Positions 12,625 through 24,257 are shown, counted from the first letter of the stretch. The stretch is 38,025 nucleotides of DNA from Octopus bimaculoides (GCF_001194135.2 NC_068982.1:177640596-177678620); one strand, 5' to 3'. Notes: generated by a model not told the origin, from the sequence alone. Numbers and translations: made by a program.

Positions 12625-12689
12625 ATGATAGCCCCAGATATGATTAATCTTGACCTTCATAAACCAGAAAATCTAGAAAGTTAAACTAA

Positions 12690-14886
12690 TCTGTAAAGTG
12701 TATTGTAAACTACCAGAGGACTTCGGTGCCAGGACATCGAAAAACAATACCTCCACCGCCAACATCAACAACAATTACACTTCTGGAATATACGGTGCAG
12801 TACAGTTGGAATTGGTGTGCCTACCTACGGACAAGTCTAGCAGACTGTCAATAGACAGCCCACAGAACTATGTCCAGACCATGCAGCAACACATCAGTAG
12901 CATGAGAGAAGTTGCACCACAGGAACATGAAAGAGTGGAAAAACTCCTCAATGCACACATGGAGATGTGGTGCAACATGCTCCAACCTAAGAAACAGATT
13001 GCACACAATTTCCAAGCATCCAACAATGATGTTCTTACACTATATGGGTTACTCAAAGACCACAAACCCTACATAAAACATGTCATGGGGGCCCCCAACC
13101 TGACCAGTTTGCAGAGCGAATATCTCCAGCAATTGTAGACTGTCCTACTTCCTCTCACATGTATTACTTCTCATAGAAATGTCCCCAGATATCTGCATGA
13201 GCACGGAAGATCTCCTTAGTAGAATCAGTACTTGCAACCACTCCAACGACCTCACAGGTTGTGTAATGAGTAGTATGGATGTGGTTTCACTCTACCCATC
13301 AATAGACATAGATTTTGCTATGGAGAAATGCATTGAGATAACCTGTGAGAGTGAAGTAGAGTTCCGTTAAGTCAACACGAGAGAACTGGGCCTCCTCCTT
13401 AGACTAAGCTACGACAGTGACTATTTAGACGCCCATGACCTCAGTAGATTCTGCCCCACCAGGTCACAGACGGGAAGACTATTCACCATCACCTCAGCAG
13501 TGAAGAAAAATACCGCACAGCGCTGGAGTAGCTGAACTGTACCCACCCAAGACCCTGAGAACAACAATCAGGTGAAAAGAATAAGTCCACATGTAATAGG
13601 GGCTAGTGTAAGAACCACCTTGAAGAACTACATAGTAAAGTTTACGAAGAAACTATACATGCAAGTTTAAGATGCAGCCATTGGTGTTTGTGTAGCTGGA
13701 GATGTGACCGGCCTCTTCATGACCTGGTGGGACAGAAAACTTAAGCAATCCTTAGCAGAACAGTCCACAACTCTTCTACTTTACAGTAGGTATGTAGATG
13801 GCATTGATGTCATAGTTAAGACCAACTCTAGTAACGGTAATGTAGAAACTGAGAGGAACCTAGTGGAGAGTATCCAGCAAGTAGCTACTTCTATCCACCA
13901 AAGTATCAAGGTAACTATAGATTATCCCATTAAGTACCCTAACAATAGACTCCCCGTCTTTAATACTGAACTTTGGTTAGAGACTGTTAAGAACAGAATG
14001 CAGTTCCTCCACTCCTATTACATGAAACCCATAGTTTCGAAATATATTGTTCACAAGAACTCAGCTTTGTCACACATGAAATTAGCATACTGATAGAAGA
14101 CTTAGTTAGGATAATGAACAACGTGTCCCCACTATGCGAACCCTATGAAACAAAGAAACATGTACAGAACTTCATGCACCGCATGCAGTTCTCTGAATAT
14201 GATCAGAAAGATAGGGTTCGGGTATGCAGGGGTACGAGAAAATAGTTAGATAACATTATATGTAATAATACCAGTGATACCTGCCCTAGATATAGAATCA
14301 AAGACTTGAATAGGATGCAAAGAGTTTGTGACAAAGTAAACAGGGTGAACACGTGGTATAAAACCGACAAATATCAAGGAGTGATGTTTGTAGAAGCTAC
14401 AGCCCATGGAGAACTAGCTTGTAGATTTAGGAAAGCTCTGAAGGAGACCAAACTCAACATTAAGATTGTTGAAAAGCCAGGGAACTCCGTCAGATCACAA
14501 CTATATAGGACGTACCTCTTTGAAAATACCATGTGCACCAATAACTGCATGGTATGTAGGATTAGACCTGGCATTAACTGTAGAACCAGAAAGTAATCTA
14601 CAGCATAAGATATATAGAAGGTGCTCGTAAAGACATGAACATGACTTACATAGGGGAGGCATCTAGGATCATTACGGAAAGACTAAATGAACATTTGAGA
14701 CAATATGACGACAAAAAACAATCCTCCATACTCTACCAACATGCCAAAGACCAAGATGGAGGCAACTTGAGTCAACTTGACATCCGCATTTTAGCCAAGC
14801 ACCCAAAGAACCCAACACTTAGACAAACACAGGAGTACGTTCTCATAAATGAAACATCTCCAGTACTAAATAGGAAATGTACGTAG
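12690..14886 (+). mobile_element. Decayed Penelope-like element (RT and C-terminal GIY-YIG endonuclease), probably Neptune-type
   Basis: RT motifs PTDKSSRL, LYGLLKDHK, MDVVSLYPSI, AIGVCVAGDVTGLFMTWWD, YSRYVDGIDV, LPVFNTELW and SYYMKP. Cys cluster CTNNCMVC...NC. Endonuclease motif VIYSI...TYIGEASRIITERLNEH. The frame is broken into at least 6 pieces, and no terminal pLTR is visible. Confidence 0.9.
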
Positions 14887-15283
14887 GAGATAATCACACC
14901 TCCATACCCATAGTTTGTATTCATATACAGGTAGAATAGTTAGTGGATTGTTATGTAGATAGATGTGTGTGTATGTGTATGCACATGTATATAAGCATAT
15001 GGATACGAAAGTAAACAGCTAGACATACAGACGGATAGGTACATAGATTATATGAACAGACAAACACACACACACATACATACACAAGTGAAGACTGAAG
15101 CACATGACCATATACACACACACTTCACTTCACTTCACACAAGAACGCATATGGAGACACACGTCCACGGGAAATGAGATACACATACATACCTATAGAC
15201 ACAGTACATAGTCACGAAAACCCATACACACACACACAGACACACTCAGACATGCATACACAAGGAGACATAGGTAGACACAC

Positions 15284-15321
<38 letters not shown>

Positions 15322-15483
15322 ATGCAAACACACACTCACACATAAAAACACACAAATACACAAACACATGAATATGCAGAATACATACAAATGTACACAC
15401 ATGTATACATGCGACACACGCATACATGTACACACACACTTGCATGCATACATACATACATACATACATACATACATACAAAA

Positions 15484-15600
15484 ATATGTTGTCGATGTTG
15501 AAATTCTAATGAAGGAGACTTGGATCTAGGTTAGAAACCGGTTCTTTAATCGCAAGAAATCTTGAAATAAGACTGAGTAATGACATACATACATACATGC
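15484..15600 (+). mobile_element. Retroposon 3'-tail fragment ending in (CATA)n
   Basis: Short unique stretch (...ctaggttagaaaccgg...gcaagaaatcttgaaataa...) that runs into a (CATA)n tail. Family not assigned. Confidence 0.35.
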
Positions 15601-15735
15601 ATGCATACATAAATAAACAATTTAAGACTTTTTTCTAGTGATTACTTAAATAATCTTAGTTGATCGAAGTTTTTCCAGTGACTATGTCGCATGATGTGTG
15701 ATTCCATCTTATTGTACGCGAGCGAGCGCGCGAGC

Positions 15736-15770
<35 letters not shown>

Positions 15771-16175
15771 CACACACAACTATATATATATTTTTGTATT
15801 TCAGCATTATAGAGGAAATTGTAATTAGAATTAACGACTAAAAATCCTAAAATTTCTTTTGAAGTTTCTGTAAGGATTAATTAAATATTGCTCATCGTCT
15901 AGTTTCTATGGATCAATCGAACCTTAGCGTAAAATAAATGGTGAATTTAAATTCCCTTTTCTACCTAATACTGTGATCTATGCTGTCTATAAAACTACTT
16001 AACGTTTTAATATTTACTTACGCTAAATTTCCAAGCTAGCCTTTTACGACAAGAATTCTATTACAGACTTTCGTACAAGAAGAAGAAAAAGAAAACCCTC
16101 AAAGTTTAAAAAACTCATCACTTTAAGCCTTCATATATATTAGAGAAATTAAGAAAAACCTTAATACACGCCAGG

Positions 16176-16214
16176 CTGCACTGATGAAAAACAAATTCGG
16201 AAACACGTCTGTGG
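16176..16214 (+). ncRNA. Type-I minimal hammerhead-ribozyme-like motif
   Basis: cugca-CUGAUGA-aaaacaaauucg-GAAAC-ac-GUC-ugugg. All core nucleotides are present and stem I has 5 bp including two G-U pairs. Stem II is decayed to 2 A-U pairs around a CAAA loop. Confidence 0.6.
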
Positions 16215-16910
16215 GTGTTGGGAAATCTTAAACTAATCCTTAAATATATTTTAAGAACCGTTTCAGATTCTTTAGTCCCTAATTCTAATGACAATTTCCC
16301 TTCTACATCTAAAAACATAAAGCAGTAAGAATTGTAGACATACCTGTGTATATGCATAGGATTGTCTGAGTGTGTATGTGCACATACGCTTAAATACATA
16401 TAGCTGATAAAACACTAGACTACGGGGGTATAGAATGGGAGAAAGCAGTGGAAGGAGTGATATTATATTGTTGCTATTTAGACCTTGGTTACACCTGACG
16501 TAGTAGACATCATCCTCATCCTCATCATTGTCATCATCATCGTCATCATCATTAGTATGTATGTAAGCATGCATGTATGTATGTATGTCTGTATGTATGT
16601 ATGTATGTATGCGGGAACGTATGAAGAATCCACAACTGTTAAATAATCTTTTAATCTTGAAATGAATTAACTGAGGAATTTTTGATCGAAAACATTGACA
16701 ACACAACTGAAAAACAGAACGAAAACATCCTCACAAAAGGTAAACAAACCCTTTCTAGCTGGATCTATTGAAGAAACCGTAACCACAAACTCATTTTTCT
16801 TGGAGTTATGAACTGCATTATGATTCATTTGACTGCTATGAAATGATTTATTTAACTTTTATAAAAGAGCAAAACAAAACCTCGTTGCTGGATATATGAA
16901 TAGATTGATT

Positions 16911-16981
16911 TCAAATTTTGGTACAAGGTCAGCAAGTTCAGGGGAGAGGTAACTGGATTACATCGACCCTAGTTCTCAAGA
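16911..16981 (-). mobile_element. SINE 3' fragment (a family different from 33104-33520)
   Basis: tttcaaattttggtacaagg...attacatcgaccc resembles the end of a common octopus SINE. Recognised from memory, with no close second copy in the window. Confidence 0.4.
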
Positions 16982-16989
16982 TTAAAAGC

Positions 16990-19260
16990 ATACTGGGACG
17001 ATCTGCATCTAGACCTATTTTTTTAACAATTACGCTAAGCAACATTTGTGGAACAAAGGAAGAAAGTTGGTGAATGTAACTTCATTCAAAACAGATCTGA
17101 AATTAACTTTCTTCCAAACAGAATAAACTAAAAGTGTGGACGATGTTAGGACACCACGTGGTTTCACAGTTAGCGACATTCCAACCGATACCATACTGCT
17201 TGCCAGCCAAACAACATTGCTGGTCAATGCAACTGGCCACTGTCCCTCTACTACGACTATGATAAATGGCAGACACAACCACAACGACTACTAGAGTGGT
17301 AGTCAATATTATATAGTGGTGAAATATGCTCCTAATAAAGTTTTTCAACAAAAAACAACTTTGGCTTTGAAATACTCTCTCGAAGAAAGAGTATTTTCTA
17401 CCAAAGTAAGCAAAGGATACGGTATTAAATGCTATTGATGAAATAGGAGAGGAGTATTAAAAGCAATGTAATGAACACTCATTCCGGTAGATTCATACCT
17501 GTCTACATGCCCTGACTACTACTGCAAAGCAGTACATGAACGACACACAAAAAGTACACAAAGCCGAAACAACGACAAAATAGCTATGATAGATTTTCAA
17601 GACAGAGAAAAAAAAATATCTGATTTATGGAAGACCACCAGCCATGTGACGATGCTTATTGTTTGCAAACAAGCAAATCACTATACGACATCTCACCAAC
17701 TAAAAGTGAAAAAGGAGACAGAAGTGATGTTTGGAAATAGCGAAAAGAGAACACTCAATTGCAAACTGATCGCTCTCGAGCAAGAGCTAAGAGCTGTCAG
17801 TGAGAAACTTCGACATCAGAGGAGAGCAACCGAGAAAAAAACAAACAGAAAATTTGACTGGAACCAAGCAGCAGTGTATAGAGACATGAGAGGAGAAGCA
17901 GAAAATATAGAAGCTCCTTCTGGAGGATAATCTGAAGCGAAGAGATGGAATTTAGCCGACATGCTCTCTGGCTGAAAGAAATTCGAAGTAATTATTGTCC
18001 GTGCATTACACCCAAAACATACAGCATTGATGGTAATACCTTGAGACTGTAATTCAGAAACTTCATGATGGAAAATCACCTGGAAGAGACTTGATTGTTG
18101 GATACTGGTACAAGAATCTAACCCTCTACCGACCGTATCTTATTAACTTGTATCAGCAACCTCTCAATGGTTAGTTCTGACACACAAAACTGATCCCAAA
18201 AAGCATAATCACCCACATGACAAAAAGACTACCGACTTTGTTCTGCTCAGATGATGTTATTCCTTTCACAATAGTCTTGGAGGAAGAGGTTTAATCATGC
18301 TGTATATATTTTATACAGGTTTATTTATGTTTAACAACTGAATGAATTTAATAAAAGCATCTAAATATGAAACATGAAAATTGTTCAAATTGAAGTCCTT
18401 CTTGAGCGACACCATTTTTCCAAATGAATAAATTCAATTGAATATTAAGTGCTTATGGAATTTTGATTTACTGTCGAGTGACTTTTGGCCAACCCTGTAT
18501 ATTAACTTCTGGCAGCGGGGAAGAAGAGAGTTGGAGACGTGCCGAGCAATTGTTGATAAAACAAAACTATAATGCTGAATGAGGAACATGGTTTCAATGT
18601 GGCTTGACTACAAGAAAGCCTTTGACTCTGTCCCCCACGCATGAATGCTAGAAGACCTTCGACTTTCTAAAGTTCCGGAGAGCATAGCCAAAGCCATAGC
18701 CGACCTGATTTCTTAGTGGGCCACCAGCTTGAAGTGATTGCCCAAGGGGACAGCCACTCTGTGATGCTGTTCATATATTCAGTAAAGCCCTTGACATTTA
18801 TGTTGCGGACATCCGAAGTGTAGCTCACTGATACACAAGGAAACAGAAATACCAAAATTACAACTGCTTCGTTGTGGATGACTTGAAACTGGATGACACA
18901 AGAAAAAGTTATGCTCTGTTGTGTAGCTGCCTCTGGACACTAATTTGTTCAGAAAAAGTACAGGAGGAAACGAGCCTCTATGGAGCATTGATAAGAAGTT
19001 CACAAATCCAATACTAAAGATACACTTTCATCTCCAAAAGAATGCGAACGGTCCCAAGTGGAGCAAAGTATGACTGAACTTGGGTTCATGGGGAGAGAAT
19101 GTAGCTCCTTAATTCACACACTACAAAGGATCGCGATGTCTGGGACTATAAAAATCTCCAAGACTTTCTTCAGATTTAAAGGATGATGAACAAAACAAGA
19201 TACTTTCCTTCACAGCTTTGCTACCAAGCAGATAACCTGTTAAAATTGACTCTAAAGTAA
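16990..19260 (+). mobile_element. Decayed R4/Dong-like non-LTR retrotransposon (RT region)
   Basis: FDWNQAAVYRDM, PGRDLIVGYWYK, WLDYKKAFDSVPH (about 18599-18640), IAQGDSHSVMLF and VDDLKL, in the order expected for R4-clade RT. The 5' boundary is uncertain. Confidence 0.8.
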
Positions 19261-19563
19261 AAACAGAAAAACAAAATATACATGAATACACACACATATG
19301 CACACGCACGCGCACGCGCGTGCGCACACAAGTATACATGTGTGTGCGTATGCATGTGTGTGTATGTGTGTGTATATGTATATATANNNNNNNNNNNNNN
19401 NNNNNNNNNNNNNNNNNNNNNNNNNNNNNNNNNNNNNNNNNNNNNNNNNNNNNNNNNNNNNNNNNNNNNNNNNNNNNNNNNNNNNNNNNNNNNNNNNNNN
19501 NNNNNNNNNNNNNNNNNNNNNNNNNNNNNNNNNNNNNNNNNNNNNNNNNNNNNNNNNNNNNNN

Positions 19564-19597
<34 letters not shown>

Positions 19598-19690
19598 TGT
19601 TTATTTTTAAAACAGTTTTATATTAATCTGGACGATTACTCCTTATTTTTGAAGAGTATAATTTTTCTATTCTTCAATAAGAATTGTATT

Positions 19691-19738
19691 GGCAGTGACT
19701 TCGAAGTTTCAGCCAGCTAAGCCATCATCGGACAGTCC
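19691..19738 (-). ncRNA. Type-I hammerhead-ribozyme-like motif
   Basis: Minus strand reads ggacugu-CCGAUGA-u-ggcu-uagcu-ggcu-GAAAC-uucgaa-GUC-acugcc. Stem III ACUUCGAAGU is a perfect palindrome. There is one core substitution (U4 to C). AATAAA lies about 90 nt downstream, just before (TA)n. Confidence 0.6.
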
Positions 19739-21666
19739 GATATATATTATTAAAGCGACTGTGATATAGTGTTGGGGCATCAGAGTTTGTAACTATTGCA
19801 CACAGCTCTGCTCTTTACTCTCTACTTTCAGTTGCTACAACCAGCTAGCTCTGTTCGTAGAGGCCAAAAGAAGAGCTGAATATGTAAGCCTCCTTCTGCG
19901 ATGAAGGAGTCTTAGACACTCGGTTCCCCTTCACAGCCTTTCTAAGACCAAGACTTCCGCAGTGCTCCTTTCTAGACAAACATGGTTGTTGAGCACATTG
20001 TTAAAACTGCTGGTGATCACGGATTACTAGAGAGCAGGCTCAAATGCCTACTGACGTATGGATACACCAAGGCGTCACTCAACCACAATCCCAGCTATGG
20101 TCTATTATGGGCACACACAAAATGCAACAGATACTCTACACCATCAAAGCTAAAACGCTGTTACTGGTACAGGAAAACAGGCTTGCCATTAGTTATTCGC
20201 TTTTGACTTTCTTCTGTATATCTTTTGTTAAGACATTTAAAATTACAATATGTTTAAGTACATGACTGTATCCATTTAAAGAATCTGATTGAAATAACCG
20301 TCATTCTTGATGGCATACATACCCTTGTAAATGTATAATATATAAGCAACAACATAAAATCATAAAATATTTGTATTCTGTGAATAATTATCGGTTTCTC
20401 AGAAATCGAGACATCATTCAATATTTAATATTCATTTGGAAGTGACATCGTAGTTTTTTAACTATTTACTTATTATTCGCCTACCTCTTCTGATTTGATA
20501 ATGGTTTCTACTTACACATATGTATGCACACCTATTCAGTACATACATACACCTTGTAAAGTTGTCTACAGAATGTAAGAAATTGTAAATTTGTCTGTAC
20601 AAGCTTTTAGATGTCTCACAGATAGGCACAATCTGTTGGTGTTAAGTAGACGGAGACAATTTGTAAGATATTAACTTAATAGAAACACTTAAAAAATAGA
20701 CAAGAGCTCATACAAGCTGCCTAGAGCCAATAGGATAGACGTAATCATTAAATTTTGAGCTAAACTGACACGGTGAGGATCCCACATGGTCAAATCGATC
20801 AGACGTTGGCCTGTCACCTAAAGGTTTGAGGTTACGTAACATCTCATCGACCCTGCGTTGCAGTTTTACCAAAGTGAGTTAACTTTCAATGATCTATCAC
20901 AAACAGCAATCGTGAGTGGAAACACACTGCATTGCTGTAAAAAAAAATTATATATAAGAGAGATGGAATAAAGTAAAGCTGATTGTAAGGTGGTTCACTT
21001 TATTCGCCAAACTGATTTCTAAAATATAAACTGAATGAAATCTAATTCTTCGGCCTTCTCCCCGCCTCCCCAAACAGACCATTGGATTTGAAGACGCACT
21101 TTTCATCATTTAGAGATTGTTGAAATACATGTGAGATCAAAGGATACATATGAAGTAACTAGGATACGAGATAGGATTTCTGCTCAAACTCCGGGTGTGC
21201 TATCTCCTATTTATGAGGCTCTATGTGGAATGAGTAATACATGTGACTAACTAGCGACTCATGCAAGAGAATTGTGGGTTTCTAATTCATTTCAATTCAC
21301 AAATTCTATGATTTAATCATCTGGCTAAAATAATGAATATAAGAAACTGATATTTGCATTGATTCCGTAGAAGTTCCTGGCCAAAATGCTAAAACAGAAA
21401 TTGGTTTCATATAAAGAGACAATAAGATTGATTTACTCAGGAAGGGCACTGCAAATTTGCGATGATTATAGAATATCAATGTTAGTGAAATAAGCGAAAT
21501 CCAATCAGAGATTGAAAGCATATAATAAAAGACATTTCGCACATAACATCAAGCGAATATGCAGATAACATCAAATTCCACAGTCTTCCCCTTCTACCAG
21601 TGCAAAGACATAATTTCTCCACAAGAAAGTTTAAATAAAGAAAAGTTTGTTCGAAACCTTTTTTTG

Positions 21667-21711
<45 letters not shown>

Positions 21712-22315
21712 NNNNNNNNNNNNNNNNNNNNNNNNNNNNNNNNNNNNNNNNNNNNNNNNNNNNNNNNNNNNNNNNNNNNNNNNNNNNNNNNNNNNNNNNN
21801 NNNNNNNNNNNNNNNNNNNNNNNNNNNNNNNNNNNNNNNNNNNNNNNNNNNNNNNNNNNNNNNNNNNNNNNNNNNNNNNNNNNNNNNNNNNNNNNNNNNN
21901 NNNNNNNNNNNNNNNNNNNNNNNNNNNNNNNNNNNNNNNNNNNNNNNNNNNNNNNNNNNNNNNNNNNNNNNNNNNNNNNNNNNNNNNNNNNNNNNNNNNN
22001 NNNNNNNNNNNNNNNNNNNNNNNNNNNNNNNNNNNNNNNNNNNNNNNNNNNNNNNNNNNNNNNNNNNNNNNNNNNNNNNNNNNNNNNNNNNNNNNNNNNN
22101 NNNNNNNNNNNNNNNNNNNNNNNNNNNNNNNNNNNNNNNNNNNNNNNNNNNNNNNNNNNNNNNNNNNNNNNNNNNNNNNNNNNNNNNNNNNNNNNNNNNN
22201 NNNNNNNNNNNNNNNNNNNNNNNNNNNNNNNNNNNNNNNNNNNNNNNNNNNNNNNNNNNNNNNNNNNNNNNNNNNNNNNNNNNNNNNNNNNNNNNNNNNN
22301 NNNNNNNNNNNNNNT

Positions 22316-22615
22316 ATTCAGGTGGTAAATATATACATCTTTAGTTCTTGTTGTTACAGCTTCTGTTGTGTATGAGCATAGTTGTTGAGACGTTGTTCTG
22401 TAGTTGTAAGCGAGCTGTCGAGTGTAAGTCCGAAAGATGTAGAGAGACAGCTTAACACGTAAAGAGACTGTCTCCAGGCTGGAGTATTAGAGACACTCTT
22501 GACACGTCCGTGCTCATGGTCGGCCGACCGTAAAAGAAATAGAATAGAAGCGGGAACGCTTGGTTGTTTAATTCCACGCATGCGTGAGACTACGCATGCG
22601 CACGGCGTTACTACA
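22316..22615 (-). repeat. 3' LTR (its 3' end is cut by the N-gap at 21712-22315)
   Basis: Matches 23943-24242 except c/t and a/g at two positions. Confidence 0.9.
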
Positions 22616-23789
22616 GGGCTCCCTTGCCAGTGCGGAAACGCACGATAAATGAAATCTGTTAGAACGCCTGAGGCAGGATGGCCACTGAAAACCACCCACA
22701 AGAATGTAGCATAAAACACACACAAAGAAAAATGAAAGAAATGAAATGTACACAGGGTGATACATGCATGCAATGTACAAATGAAAGAAAAACATGCAAT
22801 ATGGGCAATAAATGCCACCTAGTAAAAATCAAATGAGACAATGAGAAAACAAATCGTGATGACTACTGTCCAGGAACTGGAATCACGGAATGTGAAAGTC
22901 AGAGTGTTTGTTTTTACTGAAAGGAAAGAAAATGTATGAGTGCACAAGTGTGTGTGAGAAAAAAACACAGAACATAGTGAAAGTGTCTGTAGAGACAAAA
23001 AATCCAGTTCGTATAAGAGTTACACATGGTGTGTCCCTGGTGGTGGGGTTGTTGGCACACGACATTGTGGTAGACAGTACNNNNNNNNNNNNNNNNNNNN
23101 NNNNNNNNNNNNNNNNNNNNNNNNNNNNNNNNNNNNNNNNNNNNNNNNNNNNNNNNNNNNNNNNNNNNNNNNNNNNNNNNNNNNNNNNNNNNNNNNTGAT
23201 GAGTGTTTGAAGAGGTACGCTTTTACAGAACGATCGACAGACAAATCTCTGTACGACCATTAGCGAAAACCTCGAAGAAAATTTTTTTAACCCAGGATGA
23301 AAAAACGACCGTGCGAACTCAAAAAGGAGAAATGGTGACGAATGGAATAACAGAGGACTCCTTTTATTTAAACGTGTCACACGGTCGAAACCAAAATATA
23401 TATCAAAGATGATATACAAGTAATTACGTTATACTACGAACATTAGTGAATTCGTAAATACCAGTAATGAGACAATAGAAAAAAAAAACAACCGTATGAA
23501 ATGAATAACAAGAGTTATTGTGTGGTATAAAATATGTATGTATATGTGAGAGTGTGAATGCAACATATAAGAACATAATAAAAAGCAGGCCGTAATTCCT
23601 GTCTGTTTTTCGTGAGTGGAAAAATCCACTCTAACAGAGGCGAGAATAAAAACCGCTCTTGTTGAGTCGTGTTGACTATGGTTGGAGATGTTGGTAATAT
23701 GTAGTTCGGTCTCCATGGCCGTATTTGTTCTTTAGTCGGATTCACCAGTTATAAGTTGGTAGTCCAGAATTCATGCTGCGTTTTTTCTT

Positions 23790-23804
23790 CGTCGGGGGTC
23801 ACCA
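23790..23804 (-). promoter_or_regulatory. Primer-binding site complementary to the tRNA-Trp 3' end
   Basis: Minus strand TGGTGACCCCCGACG versus the known tRNA-Trp PBS TGGTGACCCCGACGTGAT. It has one extra C. Confidence 0.75.
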
Positions 23805-23896
23805 CTTTAGTAGAAAGTCGGGTTACCACTTTAGTAGAAAGTGGGTTATACATTTTTTAGACGTATACCTGACTTTCCTACTATAAAATTAAAGAA

Positions 23897-24242
23897 TGTA
23901 GCGGAACGCTGAACTCCAGACTATCAACTTAAACAACACTTTATTCAGGTGGTAAATATATACATCTTTAGTTCTTGTTGTTACAGCTTCTGTTGTGTAT
24001 GAGCATAGTTGTTGAGACGTTGTTCTGTAGTTGTAAGCGAGCTGTCGAGTGTAAGTCCGAAAGATGTAGAGAGACAGCTTAACACGTAAAGAGACTGTCT
24101 CCAGGTTGGAGTATTAGAGACACTCTTGACACGTCCGTGCTCATGGTCGGCCGACCGTAAAAGAGATAGAATAGAAGCGGGAACGCTTGGTTGTTTAATT
24201 CCACGCATGCGTGAGACTACGCATGCGCACGGCGTTACTACA
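23897..24242 (-). repeat. 5' LTR, 346 bp
   Basis: Has TG...CA ends and a 5-bp terminal inverted repeat. It is followed on the + strand by (TA)n. Confidence 0.85.
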
Positions 24243-24257
24243 TATATATATCATCTG

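Larger units (their letters stand above)
22316..24242 (-). mobile_element. Non-autonomous Ty3/Gypsy (CsRn1-like) LTR retroelement, about 2 kb
   Basis: Direct repeats 22316-22615 and 23943-24242 differ at 2 of 300 nt. The complete LTR at 23897-24242 has TGTAG...CTACA ends and AATAAA about 40 nt from its 3' end. PBS at 23790-23804. A purine-rich PPT-like tract (gcaagggagccc) abuts the 3' LTR. Decayed integrase C-terminus NGRTE..SVDR..KAY at about 23205-23395. Confidence 0.85.

Noticed and set aside
12690-14886. Possible selenocysteine (UGA) recoding as in Naiad-type PLEs
   Set aside because: The ORF-ending stops are TAG or TAA, or fall at frameshifts. The TGA at about 14091 is out of the conserved frame.
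16671-16700. CTGAGGA...GAAA motif
   Set aside because: It has no GUH triplet and no stem I.
23801-23842. Repeat-spacer pattern that might suggest a CRISPR array
   Set aside because: There are only two 18-bp units with a 6-nt spacer, inside a eukaryotic LTR element, and no cas genes.
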